Source: an uncultured Aminicenantes bacterium (GTDB lineage Bacteria > Acidobacteriota > Aminicenantia > UBA2199). From it: a stretch of 64,000 nt of DNA. This document shows positions 47,778-56,703 of the stretch, in pieces. Every line of letters starts with the position of its first letter. Positions within the stretch are counted from its first letter, which is position 1. Both the position numbers and the translations under genes were made by a program. The DNA is taken from assembly GCA_965195285.1 (NCBI GenBank), contig CBDAFS010000039.1:74882-138881 (forward strand), written 5' to 3'. Under the pieces are notes generated by a model. That model had not been told where the DNA came from. It saw only the letters and a program-made list of their open reading frames with translations, and ran no database searches.

Positions 47778-49163
47778 TCAATTCCAGGGCAACACCAGGG
47801 CCATGCCTTCCCCTCTGAACCAGATACCCGCTATGGTAGTAATCAGGAAAGCCACCAGCAATAGGATAAACAGGGTTTGCAACGCTTCATTATTGGAAGC
47901 GGCATATCTCTTTTTCATCCCTCTGTAGAATAAAATCAGAAATGAAGTTAAAATCAATACCGGAACCAGACCCAGGGTAACCAGGCTTGGAATTCCGGGT
48001 AGCCAGAGCTCGATTTTCAGTAAAAATTCATCCATCAAAATGAAAGCGGGTGTGAGGATCAATGCGGTAACAGCAGCCACAACACCCATCTTCCGCCCTT
48101 TGGTTGAATGAAACCATATACCTTGAGGAGTCTGATCGTAGCGGATATAAGGGATGAGAAATATAATAACAATAAACAGAAGGGGTATAACCAGAGCTGC
48201 AAATACAGGATGAAAATGCATCAGCAATTCCTGAAAACCCATAAAGTACCAGGGTGCTTTGGTGGGATTGGGGCTAAGTCCCGGGTTGGCCTTTTCGGCC
48301 AGGGGAGCATTGAAAAATATGGCTAAGAACAGGATTAATCCAATCAACACCAGCGCCACAACCCCCTCTCGAACCACCAGATGGGGAATGGTTGAAACAA
48401 ATTTTCCTTTTGATTCAACCCGGTCTTCAGGCCGGGGAGGCCGCATAACCCCGCCGGCTTTTCGTACCCTCCAGAAGTGAAATCCCATAAGCGTAACCAG
48501 GCTGGCCGGTAGAATAAACGTATGAAAGGTATAAAAGATTGAAATGGTGACAGGGCCCACCTCAGAACCCCCTCTGATCATATCCTGGAGCCATGGACCT
48601 GCCCAGGGAATATAACCCACAATTCCGACACATATGGTAATGGCCCAATAGGCTAACTGATCCCAGGGAAGTAAATAGCCGGTAAAATTGGAAAAAATCA
48701 CCAGGAAAAACAAACCGAGTCCGATTACCCAGTTGAACTGGCGGGAATGGGTAAAAGCCCCGGTAAAATAGACCCGCAGCAGGTGTAAAAAGGTCACCAG
48801 CAACAGCAGAACCGCACTCCAGTAATGGATGTTTCGGATCAATTGGCCGAACATGATCTCATTTTGAAGGGCGATAATAGACTCATAGGCTTTTCCGGGA
48901 AACGGAAGGTAAACAAATTTCAAAAACACCCCGCTGATAAACTGAATCAGGATCAGCAGAAGGGCCATGCCGCCGAGTCCCCAGGTACGGGAAAAGCCGA
49001 GAGTGCTTTTTTCGACAACCGGGGGATGGATATGCAGGATAAGGCTGTTCAATATGGCTCGTCTTCTCTCCGTTTCGGTTTTGGGCTGGAAAGTGCGGGG
49101 AAATATCGACCGATAAATGCGATAAAAAAGACCTTTCCGGCTTACCTGTTCTTTTTCATCCAT
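47778..49163 (-). CDS. cytochrome b (b6-like domain fused to subunit IV-like domain)
   Basis: RNIHYW...LHLLRV, FTGYLLPWDQLAYWA, FHTF...FHFW, NPTKAPWYF. Confidence 0.92.
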   Translation of the reverse strand: MDEKEQVSRKGLFYRIYRSIFPRTFQPKTETERRRAILNSLILHIHPPVVEKSTLGFSRTWGLGGMALLLILIQFISGVFLKFVYLPFPGKAYESIIALQNEIMFGQLIRNIHYWSAVLLLLVTFLHLLRVYFTGAFTHSRQFNWVIGLGLFFLVIFSNFTGYLLPWDQLAYWAITICVGIVGYIPWAGPWLQDMIRGGSEVGPVTISIFYTFHTFILPASLVTLMGFHFWRVRKAGGVMRPPRPEDRVESKGKFVSTIPHLVVREGVVALVLIGLILFLAIFFNAPLAEKANPGLSPNPTKAPWYFMGFQELLMHFHPVFAALVIPLLFIVIIFLIPYIRYDQTPQGIWFHSTKGRKMGVVAAVTALILTPAFILMDEFLLKIELWLPGIPSLVTLGLVPVLILTSFLILFYRGMKKRYAASNNEALQTLFILLLVAFLITTIAGIWFRGEGMALVLPWN

Positions 49164-49168
49164 AGGCT

Positions 49169-49197
49169 ATTATAAAAAATATCAAAATACCTGTCAA
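49169..49197 (-). promoter_or_regulatory. consensus sigma70 promoter for the cytochrome b/Rieske/octaheme unit, leaderless
   Basis: Perfect TTGACA-N17-TATAAT; ATG begins 5 nt after the -10; no SD. Confidence 0.72.
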
Positions 49198-49238
49198 TTG
49201 AGTGGGAAATAGAATCAAAGGTTATCCGGTTGCGCCCA

Positions 49239-50633
49239 TCATGGATTGAGTGATTTTTGTAAAACCGGATACAAAACTGATTTTTTCCTCTTTAGCAACC
49301 GGTCTCTGACCCGGGAAACCGATTTGATCAATTTTCGAGAAGACCAACTCAGTTCATTAAGTCCGGCTGCTGTTTTTCCAAACAACTCTTCCTTTAGTCC
49401 ATTCAGCTGGTTTTTCAACTGAGAATCCTCCGTCTTCCCCAGCAGCCAGGTCAGGGTGGCGGCTCCGGGGCTGGGATAAATCCGATCCAGCCAGGCCATT
49501 AACAGATTATACGCCATTTTGGCATCATTCTGCCTGCATCCCCGTATAAATCTTTTAAAATAGGCGGCTTCTGATTCTTTTTTTTCCTGCCTTCTTTTCT
49601 TTCTCCAACGAACATAACGTTTGATCATGGGGATCAGCAACAGCCAGCAGCAGGCAACAATTACTGCCAGGGCCAGGACAATTTGTATTAAACGGGAAAT
49701 GTCAAAACCGCTTTTTTCCCTGACCTCCTCTCCTTCACCTGCAGTGGGGATTTGTTTCTCAAGGGTTTCCAGCATTTCCTTTTCGAGATCTGGATTTGTT
49801 TTCACCGACAGATGATAAACCGGAAGCTCATCTTTGTGCAGGCTTTTATTTTTTATATCCCACCAGTAAATGTTTAATGCCGGAAGCTGATATTCCCCCT
49901 CCTTTTCAAAAAGGTAAGTAACCGATTCAATACGCTTTCCAGTTGATTCACCGCGAATGACTTGCTCCGACACCTGCGGGGGATCCGGGTAAATAGCGAT
50001 TCCCTCGATCTGGTCAAAAGAAAGCGTGGGCAGCAGCATGCCCACTGAGTCTTCAGCTACCATGGTAATGGTGCGGTTGAGTGAATCCCCCACTCTTAAA
50101 TTCTGCAAATCTTTATCAAATGTGTCTTCAACGCTCAGGTTCGGCGTGGTCACAAACGAATCAATATTTTCAGCCCCCGGGGGAATCCGGACATTGAAAG
50201 TCAGCGAAGGTGACGTTAAAGTGGTTTTTCCCGGAGTTCTGCCGGGGATGGCATAGCTGACCTTGACCTCCAGACTGGGAACCGTATAGTTTCCGGCCCG
50301 CTGGGGAAAAACCACATATTCCCTCCGCTGGACCGCCCAGGTTTCTCCGTTAATGCGCTCGGTGAAATTGATGCCAAACTGACTCAACTGCAGGGTTATT
50401 GCCTTGGCAATTCTCATTTCGGGAAAGTCCGGCGCTTGGGCAAACCAGGTATTGGTCAGCACATCTACCCAGAGCATAACCTTCTGTCCGACCACAATTG
50501 AATCTCCTCCAGCCAAGCGGGCCCGGATTTTGGTTGGATTTAGGGTATTGTCTTCTGCTGAGGGCAGGGCATTCTGGGCTGGAATCCCTCCGAAAACCAT
50601 AAAAGAAACCAAAACCAACCACACTATTTTCAT
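49239..50633 (-). CDS. BatD-like protein
   Basis: Signal peptide, FPQRAG, VGDSLNRTI, IYPDPP, WWD, C-terminal TM, ends LNP; follows vWA genes. Confidence 0.8.
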   Translation of the reverse strand: MKIVWLVLVSFMVFGGIPAQNALPSAEDNTLNPTKIRARLAGGDSIVVGQKVMLWVDVLTNTWFAQAPDFPEMRIAKAITLQLSQFGINFTERINGETWAVQRREYVVFPQRAGNYTVPSLEVKVSYAIPGRTPGKTTLTSPSLTFNVRIPPGAENIDSFVTTPNLSVEDTFDKDLQNLRVGDSLNRTITMVAEDSVGMLLPTLSFDQIEGIAIYPDPPQVSEQVIRGESTGKRIESVTYLFEKEGEYQLPALNIYWWDIKNKSLHKDELPVYHLSVKTNPDLEKEMLETLEKQIPTAGEGEEVREKSGFDISRLIQIVLALAVIVACCWLLLIPMIKRYVRWRKKRRQEKKESEAAYFKRFIRGCRQNDAKMAYNLLMAWLDRIYPSPGAATLTWLLGKTEDSQLKNQLNGLKEELFGKTAAGLNELSWSSRKLIKSVSRVRDRLLKRKKSVLYPVLQKSLNP

Positions 50634-52288
50634 TTTTTCTTCTGCTGACCTGTTTTTTTATCATCCAAAAGGAGCTGATAGCTGAATTTGAAGCGCAGAA
50701 AATCAGCCGGGCTGGTTTGTACCCGGCGCATCCACATCTCATTGATCTGTTCATCGGTCAGCATATCCATTTTTATCTCCTGGGGATCCCCTTCTATCTC
50801 CGGCCGTTTGGTTTTATCCTTGGGATCGGATATTTTAATTTCATCCGCTCCTATCAGAGAACCGGGCTGGGATTCTTCTTCCTCATCTTTTTTACTTTTT
50901 TTATCTTCAATTATCTTTTTTATTAGCTTAAAATTGTGTTGGGCATCAACATGACCCGGTTTCCTTTTCAATGCCTGCTGAAAACTCTCTAGGGCATTTT
51001 CGTACTGTCCCAGACGGGCATAGGCATTCCCCAGATTTAAATAACTTTCAGCAGTATCCAGCCGGGAAAACTGTTGTATAGCATTCTGATAATCTTTATT
51101 AAAATAAAATGAAATTCCTTTCCACAACGGATTTTCAAACAGCTGGGCCGCTTTTGCATAATCACTGCGTTCAAAATAATATCGTCCCTGCTGGTCGGCA
51201 GTCATCCACAGATTGATAAAACCGGAGCTGTCTGCTTTCAGGGTCACGGGTTGCATGAAAAACAAAAAAACAATCAGACCGGAAACCCAGCGGATGGTCC
51301 AGCCCCGACGGAACCAGAAAAGAGCCAGCAAAGCAGCAGGAAACAGTAAAAAATAGCCAAAATCCTTCCAGTTGCGGTTTTCATCCTCACTCAACACATT
51401 CTGCAAATGTCTCTGGATATTGCGGTTAATGCGCCCCACATCACTGTCATCCACGGTAACCGAAGTGACATAAACATCGGCTCCCCTGGAAAGAGTTAAC
51501 AAACCCTCCCGGTCGAGCCGGCTGGTCACCCGGTTTCCATTTTCATCTGTTAAGAAAAGATTGTTACCCAGTGGAATGGGTCCCCCGGATTCACGCCCCA
51601 TCCCCAGGATTAAAATTTTGGATTTGTTTTCCCGGCTCCAGTCATCAAACGCAGGGAAGTATTTTGATTCGATTCGGTTGGTTATAAACAGGATAGACCC
51701 GGGAGTGATTTCCTTTGCCAACATCTTTTCAGCTAAATCGATGGCCAGGTCAGCCCTTTTACCCGGCTTGGGCATGATTTCCGGATGGAGTGAATCCAGA
51801 TAGGTTTCCATAATTTGTTGATCATCGGTTAGAGGGAGTATCAGGTGGGCACTGCCCGCATAGACAAGGAGAGCGGTCCTGGAACCGCTTCTTCGTTCCA
51901 TCAGGTCGCGAATCTTTTGTTTGGCCCGTTCCACCCGGGAGGGTTGAATATCAACAGCGTTCATCTCCACTGAAAGATCCAGGGCAATAACCAGGGGAGC
52001 CTGGTCTTCGGTAAATGGCAGGGGCTCCTGCTGCCAGGTGGGGCCGGCCATGGCCATGATTAATAAAAAAACCACCGGGAAAAACAGATTGGCCGGCCGC
52101 AGTTTTCCTTTTTTATCCTTGCCCACCAGTAAATGTGCCAGCAGGTGGGGGGCAATGGTTTTTTTCCAGGTGCGGGAAACATCCTGTCTCCTCAGCAATA
52201 GCCACTGCAGCAACACAGCCGGAATTAGCAACAGCAGCCATAAAGAACGGATAAAATGGAATTGGGAAAGTAGACTGAGGTCAGGCAT
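50630..52288 (-). CDS. vWA plus TPR protein (BatB/BatC-like)
   Basis: FHFIR, AGPTW, DLSVEM (degenerate MIDAS), PLTDD, TPR repeats, FLRFKF. Confidence 0.85.
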   Translation of the reverse strand: MPDLSLLSQFHFIRSLWLLLLIPAVLLQWLLLRRQDVSRTWKKTIAPHLLAHLLVGKDKKGKLRPANLFFPVVFLLIMAMAGPTWQQEPLPFTEDQAPLVIALDLSVEMNAVDIQPSRVERAKQKIRDLMERRSGSRTALLVYAGSAHLILPLTDDQQIMETYLDSLHPEIMPKPGKRADLAIDLAEKMLAKEITPGSILFITNRIESKYFPAFDDWSRENKSKILILGMGRESGGPIPLGNNLFLTDENGNRVTSRLDREGLLTLSRGADVYVTSVTVDDSDVGRINRNIQRHLQNVLSEDENRNWKDFGYFLLFPAALLALFWFRRGWTIRWVSGLIVFLFFMQPVTLKADSSGFINLWMTADQQGRYYFERSDYAKAAQLFENPLWKGISFYFNKDYQNAIQQFSRLDTAESYLNLGNAYARLGQYENALESFQQALKRKPGHVDAQHNFKLIKKIIEDKKSKKDEEEESQPGSLIGADEIKISDPKDKTKRPEIEGDPQEIKMDMLTDEQINEMWMRRVQTSPADFLRFKFSYQLLLDDKKTGQQKKK

Positions 52289-53279
52289 TTTTTTTCTTAC
52301 CCCTCCTTCTAAGCAAACTTCCCGCTGCGGCAATCAAATGAAAGGAAATCAGGAGAACCAGCAGCAGGGCTATAGGATAAAAAAACAATGGTCTTCGGGG
52401 CCGGTAAGAGAGGGTTTCGAACTCGACTTTTTCCAGGTCATCCAGTTTCTGGTATATTTGTTCAAGTTCTTCCCGGTCCACGGCCTGGAAAAACTGGCCG
52501 CCAGTAACCTCTGATATTTCTTTAAGGGTATCAACATCCATCTCGTTCTCACCGGCGGTTTCCGGGTCTCCCATGGCAATGGTATGGATAGTAACCCCTT
52601 TCTGAGCGGCAATTCCGGCTGCCCGCACCGGCGGCACCTTGCTTCCGGTATCGTTGCCATCGGTAAGCAGGATCAAAACCCGGTTCTGGGTTTCACTGTT
52701 TTCGAATAATTTCATACTCAATCCGATTGCATCGCCGATCATGGTCTGGGGGCCGGCCATGTTCACCTGGGCTTCATCAAGCAAGAGGCGGAAGGTTTCG
52801 AAATCCTGGGTAAAGGGCACCTGGAGAAAGGCCTGGGTGCCAAAAAAAATTAATCCCAGCCGGTCACCCTCACGGCGCTTGATAAAATCATTTAAGACCA
52901 GTTTTACTGCTTTTAAGCGTTCGATTTTTTGCCCATCTGGATCCAGAAAATCAGCTGTCTCCATGGACCCGGAAAGATCAACAGCTAACATCAAATCGCG
53001 TCCCGATTCAATTTTAGTGATGGGTTCTTCCACCCATTGCGGACGGGCCATTGCACCCACCAGCAGCAGCCAGGCAATCGGAAGCAACACCATCTGAAAC
53101 CAGTTTCGACGCAGAATGACAGCTCCCCTGGATGGAGTACGTCCTGATATCTCAACCAGATCCTCAAAAAAGGGCGCTCTTATGGCCTGGGTTTCTTCTC
53201 TGTAGACAGGTAGCAAAAAACGGATAAACAACGGCAATGGCAGCAGCAGGAAAAACCATGGGCAGGCAAACTCAAACAC
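52281..53279 (-). CDS. vWA domain protein (BatA-like)
   Basis: ARPQW, MIDAS DLSGSM, GDRLGLI, TMIGDAIG, LLTDG. Confidence 0.9.
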   Translation of the reverse strand: MFEFACPWFFLLLPLPLFIRFLLPVYREETQAIRAPFFEDLVEISGRTPSRGAVILRRNWFQMVLLPIAWLLLVGAMARPQWVEEPITKIESGRDLMLAVDLSGSMETADFLDPDGQKIERLKAVKLVLNDFIKRREGDRLGLIFFGTQAFLQVPFTQDFETFRLLLDEAQVNMAGPQTMIGDAIGLSMKLFENSETQNRVLILLTDGNDTGSKVPPVRAAGIAAQKGVTIHTIAMGDPETAGENEMDVDTLKEISEVTGGQFFQAVDREELEQIYQKLDDLEKVEFETLSYRPRRPLFFYPIALLLVLLISFHLIAAAGSLLRRRGKKKNA

Positions 53280-53778
53280 GGTGCCTCCTGATCCAGCGTC
53301 GAATCAGGCGGATTAATCCGTCTACATCCTGTCCGGAAGCCTCTTTTATCTTACTTTCTGCGCCATAGGCCAGTTTAGGCAAAAGCCGGCCCGGACCGCT
53401 TTTAAAACCCGAGCTTTTAAAAGAGTTGTCCAGAAAGGTGAGCCATTCATCACCACTGAGCCGTGCTACCTGTTTACGGCCATAGCACTGAAGAGCTGTC
53501 CATTTGACCAGTTCAGGTATCTCTCTGATCTTGACGTAATCTTCACCCCGATCCAATCCTTCGGAAACGCCCTTAAGCTTAACCAGAGCTATTCTCCGGT
53601 AGCGGTTTTGTTTTCTTTTTCGAAAAAACCGGTATATAAACCAAATCATTAAAAGGAATAAAATTCCAAAAAGTATATACCAGCCAATGGACTGGGGAAT
53701 ATAGGGGACCGGATCAGGAAGAGAGATCTCTTTCAACCCCTCTAATTCTTTATTTACCGTTTGTTGATTAAATATCAT
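53272..53778 (-). CDS. DUF4381-type membrane protein
   Basis: LKEISLPDPV...PQSIGW, TM helix, YRRIAL, LSGDEWLTFLD; position in MoxR operon. Confidence 0.8.
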   Translation of the reverse strand: MIFNQQTVNKELEGLKEISLPDPVPYIPQSIGWYILFGILFLLMIWFIYRFFRKRKQNRYRRIALVKLKGVSEGLDRGEDYVKIREIPELVKWTALQCYGRKQVARLSGDEWLTFLDNSFKSSGFKSGPGRLLPKLAYGAESKIKEASGQDVDGLIRLIRRWIRRHRV

Positions 53779-53817
53779 TTCAATCCATATCCAAAATCCG
53801 AAATCGGATTTTAAGTT

Positions 53818-54792
53818 TTATTTCCTTCTGGTTCCAGGCGAATAACCGAGTATTTCCCGGATCTGTTCAGCCACTCCTGTGGCTGTATGGATGGGCAAAA
53901 CCGGGACTCCATATTTTGTCAGTTCATCGGTCAACCGTTTTAATCTGCCTGCCAGGATTTCGGGGTATCTTTCCCGCAATTTTTTACTGTTAATGTCCAC
54001 CTCAAGCTGTTGTTCACCATCACTGACCACGATTTTTCCGATATTCGGAAGTTCTTTGGCGATGGGATCGTAAATCAAACCAATCAACACATCGTTGTGC
54101 CGAGTGATGATTTTGATCAGGCGCTCTGTCTGGGCAGAGATTCCGAAAAAATCGCTAATGATTACCACCAGATAATCATGTTTGGCCAGATGAACCACTT
54201 TCTCAAGAGTTTGATTCAACATATCAGCGGATGAGTTAATATCACGATTAATGCCCAGGGCATGGTTTTGGGATACAATCTCACCCAGTATATGCATGAC
54301 GGTTTTTTTGCTACGGTGGGGTTTAATTTCAACAATCCGTGAATCATTAAAAACCAGAGCCCCTACCCGATCACCCGCATCCAGCACCCGCCAGGCAGCC
54401 AGAGCCGTTGCTTCGGCAGCAGTCACCGATTTCATGTTCAGTTTGGTGCCGAAAAACATGGACAGGCGCTGATCAATTACCAACAGCACTGGCCGGTCCC
54501 GTTCTTCGGTGTACACCCGGGTATGGGCCTTCTGGGTGCGGGCGGTTACTTTCCAGTCCATGTTGCGGATGTCATCACCGGGAAGATAACGGCGGATTTC
54601 CTCAAAGTTGAGTCCCCGGCCTCTTAAACGGGAGGTATGACGCCCGGCCAGCAGGCTGTGAATGGGCTGTTTGGGCAAAAAACTGAATCCCCGGGCCTTG
54701 AACTGCAGCCGCACCAAATCATCCAGGTTGGCATAGCCCCCTGCAACTGTCTCTGCTTTTTGCTCCCGTCGTTTTACCTTTGTATACTGCAT
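53818..54792 (-). CDS. DUF58 family protein
   Basis: RGRGLNFEEIRRYLPGDDIRNMDWKVTAR, EERDRP, GDRVG, ISDF. Confidence 0.93.
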   Translation of the reverse strand: MQYTKVKRREQKAETVAGGYANLDDLVRLQFKARGFSFLPKQPIHSLLAGRHTSRLRGRGLNFEEIRRYLPGDDIRNMDWKVTARTQKAHTRVYTEERDRPVLLVIDQRLSMFFGTKLNMKSVTAAEATALAAWRVLDAGDRVGALVFNDSRIVEIKPHRSKKTVMHILGEIVSQNHALGINRDINSSADMLNQTLEKVVHLAKHDYLVVIISDFFGISAQTERLIKIITRHNDVLIGLIYDPIAKELPNIGKIVVSDGEQQLEVDINSKKLRERYPEILAGRLKRLTDELTKYGVPVLPIHTATGVAEQIREILGYSPGTRRK

Positions 54793-54854
54793 AACTAAAT
54801 CATAATAATACCTGAGAATATTCTATTTAAAAACCTAGCTTATTTTTATCCTCT

Positions 54855-55403
54855 TTAAAAACTTTTGCCGATACTAAGCCCAAATACCAGGAATAATTTT
54901 CCATCTACAATATCAACATCTATACTTGGGGTTATGGCAAAACCAGCAATATCAAAATGGTATCCCATTCCAATTCTATAGAGAAATTCCTTATGTGATT
55001 CTGTTTCATGATCTCCATGTTCGCTTTCCACATTGCTCATCTCGATTCCGGGACCTGTTCGCACCCATATGTTCTCAGTCAGATAATAATAAAAGGCAAA
55101 ACCCAACAACCATTCTGTGTGGCTGGCCATAATGGCTTCCCCGAACACACCTATTCCGAACCTCATGGTTGAAAAGGGTCGAATTGAATAATCAAGACCC
55201 AGGGTAAAATGAGTTTCTTTTCCTTCTAACTGGCTGGTTGCTCCAATAAAAACAGCAAAGTGATGGCGATGAAAATGAGAATCATCTTCCTTATGGATTT
55301 CTTGCGATTGATGAGTTGTTAATCCTTCCGGTTGTCCAAAAACTTGAGCGAGATTAAAACATAAAAAAATAACCAGAAATATTATCAAACTAAATTTCTT
55401 CAT
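54855..55403 (-). CDS. small His-rich outer-membrane beta-barrel protein
   Basis: Signal peptide MKKFSLII..., HFHRHH and EHGDHETESH segments, strand pattern, C-terminal GKSF. Confidence 0.68.
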   Translation of the reverse strand: MKKFSLIIFLVIFLCFNLAQVFGQPEGLTTHQSQEIHKEDDSHFHRHHFAVFIGATSQLEGKETHFTLGLDYSIRPFSTMRFGIGVFGEAIMASHTEWLLGFAFYYYLTENIWVRTGPGIEMSNVESEHGDHETESHKEFLYRIGMGYHFDIAGFAITPSIDVDIVDGKLFLVFGLSIGKSF

Positions 55404-55538
55404 TTTACATCCACAACCTGTTTTAGGTTCCATAACTCCTTATTTCAATTTAAAAAAATCATTCAGCAATAAGTTTAATTTTTTCATTATGTCTTCCTTA
55501 AAAATATTATTTTTGCAGCAATTTTAATATTTATAAAC

Positions 55539-56519
55539 TTAAGCCACGGCCACCAGCTTAACAATCTCGGTGATAACATCGTTGGCACTGATGCCCTCGG
55601 CATTGGCTTCGTAACTGAGAATTAAGCGGTGACGCAACACATCGTGGATAATGGCGCGAACGTCATCGGGAGTAACATGGTCCTGTCCTTTAAACCAGGC
55701 ATGCACCCGGGAACATTTATCCAGGGAAATACTGCCGCGCGGACTGGCCCCCACCTGAATCCACTTTTTCAGATCTTTGCTGTATTTTTCCGGATAACGG
55801 GTAGCAAAAATCAGGGTAACGATATATTTTTCCACTGCATCAGCCATGTGTACAGCATCAATCTCCTGGCGGGCCTCAAACACCACAGATTGGGACAACG
55901 TATCGGGTTTTGAATCCGAACCTTTGGTCTGACTGGTTTCTCCTCTGACCAGGTGGATGATCTCCTGTTCAGCACTCTCATCCGGATAGTCGATATACAG
56001 ATGCATTAGAAAACGATCCATCTGCGCTTCTGGTAAAGGATAGGTGCCTTCCTGTTCAATGGGATTCTGGGTGGCCAGCACCATAAAAAGATCGGGTAGT
56101 TTGTGGGTTTCACCGGCCACGGTCACCTGGCGTTCTTCCATGGCTTCCAGTAATGCTGCCTGGACCTTGGCTGGAGCCCTATTGATCTCGTCTGCCAGAA
56201 TCAAGTTGGCAAAAATCGGCCCGGGTTGAAATTTGAACTGACCCTGCCCCCCTTCACTGAAGTATACCTCAGTTCCAGTCACATCCGAGGGCAAAAGGTC
56301 CGGAGTAAACTGAATACGCCCGAAATCAGATTCCAGATTTTTCGATAAGCTCTTAATCGCCCGGGTCTTGGCCAGACCGGGCAGCCCCTCCATCAACACA
56401 TTGCCATTGGCCAGCAAGGCGAACACGAGCCGCTCGACGATCCTCTCCTGGCCGATAATGGATTTTTCCACCCACTGTTTCAGATTATTTATCTTTTCCA
56501 GCACTGAATTATTTGCCAT
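55539..56519 (-). CDS. moxR: MoxR family AAA+ ATPase
   Basis: EGLPGLAKT, RIQFTPDLLPSD, DEINRAPAKVQ, ATQNPIEQEGTYPLPEAQMDRF. Confidence 0.96.
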   Translation of the reverse strand: MANNSVLEKINNLKQWVEKSIIGQERIVERLVFALLANGNVLMEGLPGLAKTRAIKSLSKNLESDFGRIQFTPDLLPSDVTGTEVYFSEGGQGQFKFQPGPIFANLILADEINRAPAKVQAALLEAMEERQVTVAGETHKLPDLFMVLATQNPIEQEGTYPLPEAQMDRFLMHLYIDYPDESAEQEIIHLVRGETSQTKGSDSKPDTLSQSVVFEARQEIDAVHMADAVEKYIVTLIFATRYPEKYSKDLKKWIQVGASPRGSISLDKCSRVHAWFKGQDHVTPDDVRAIIHDVLRHRLILSYEANAEGISANDVITEIVKLVAVA

Positions 56520-56554
56520 AATTCCTCCTGAGACAAATGATAAAAAACCTCTTT

Positions 56555-56595
56555 AAAAAAAAGAAACCATGGCAGTCTAAGACCACCATGATTTC
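56555..56595 (-). terminator. intrinsic terminator between sulfatase and moxR
   Basis: Minus-strand hairpin GAAATCATGGTGGTC-TTA-GACTGCCATGGTTTC (with G-U pairs) followed by a T8 run. Confidence 0.65.
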
Positions 56596-56703
56596 ATATT
56601 CAATTATTAACTTTATTTTTTAAATTTTTTCAGCGCTTATATGACCTTCATTTTTCGTGCATATTTAAAGTTTTTAGACCCTGAAATAACTTTTGCAAAT
56701 CCC

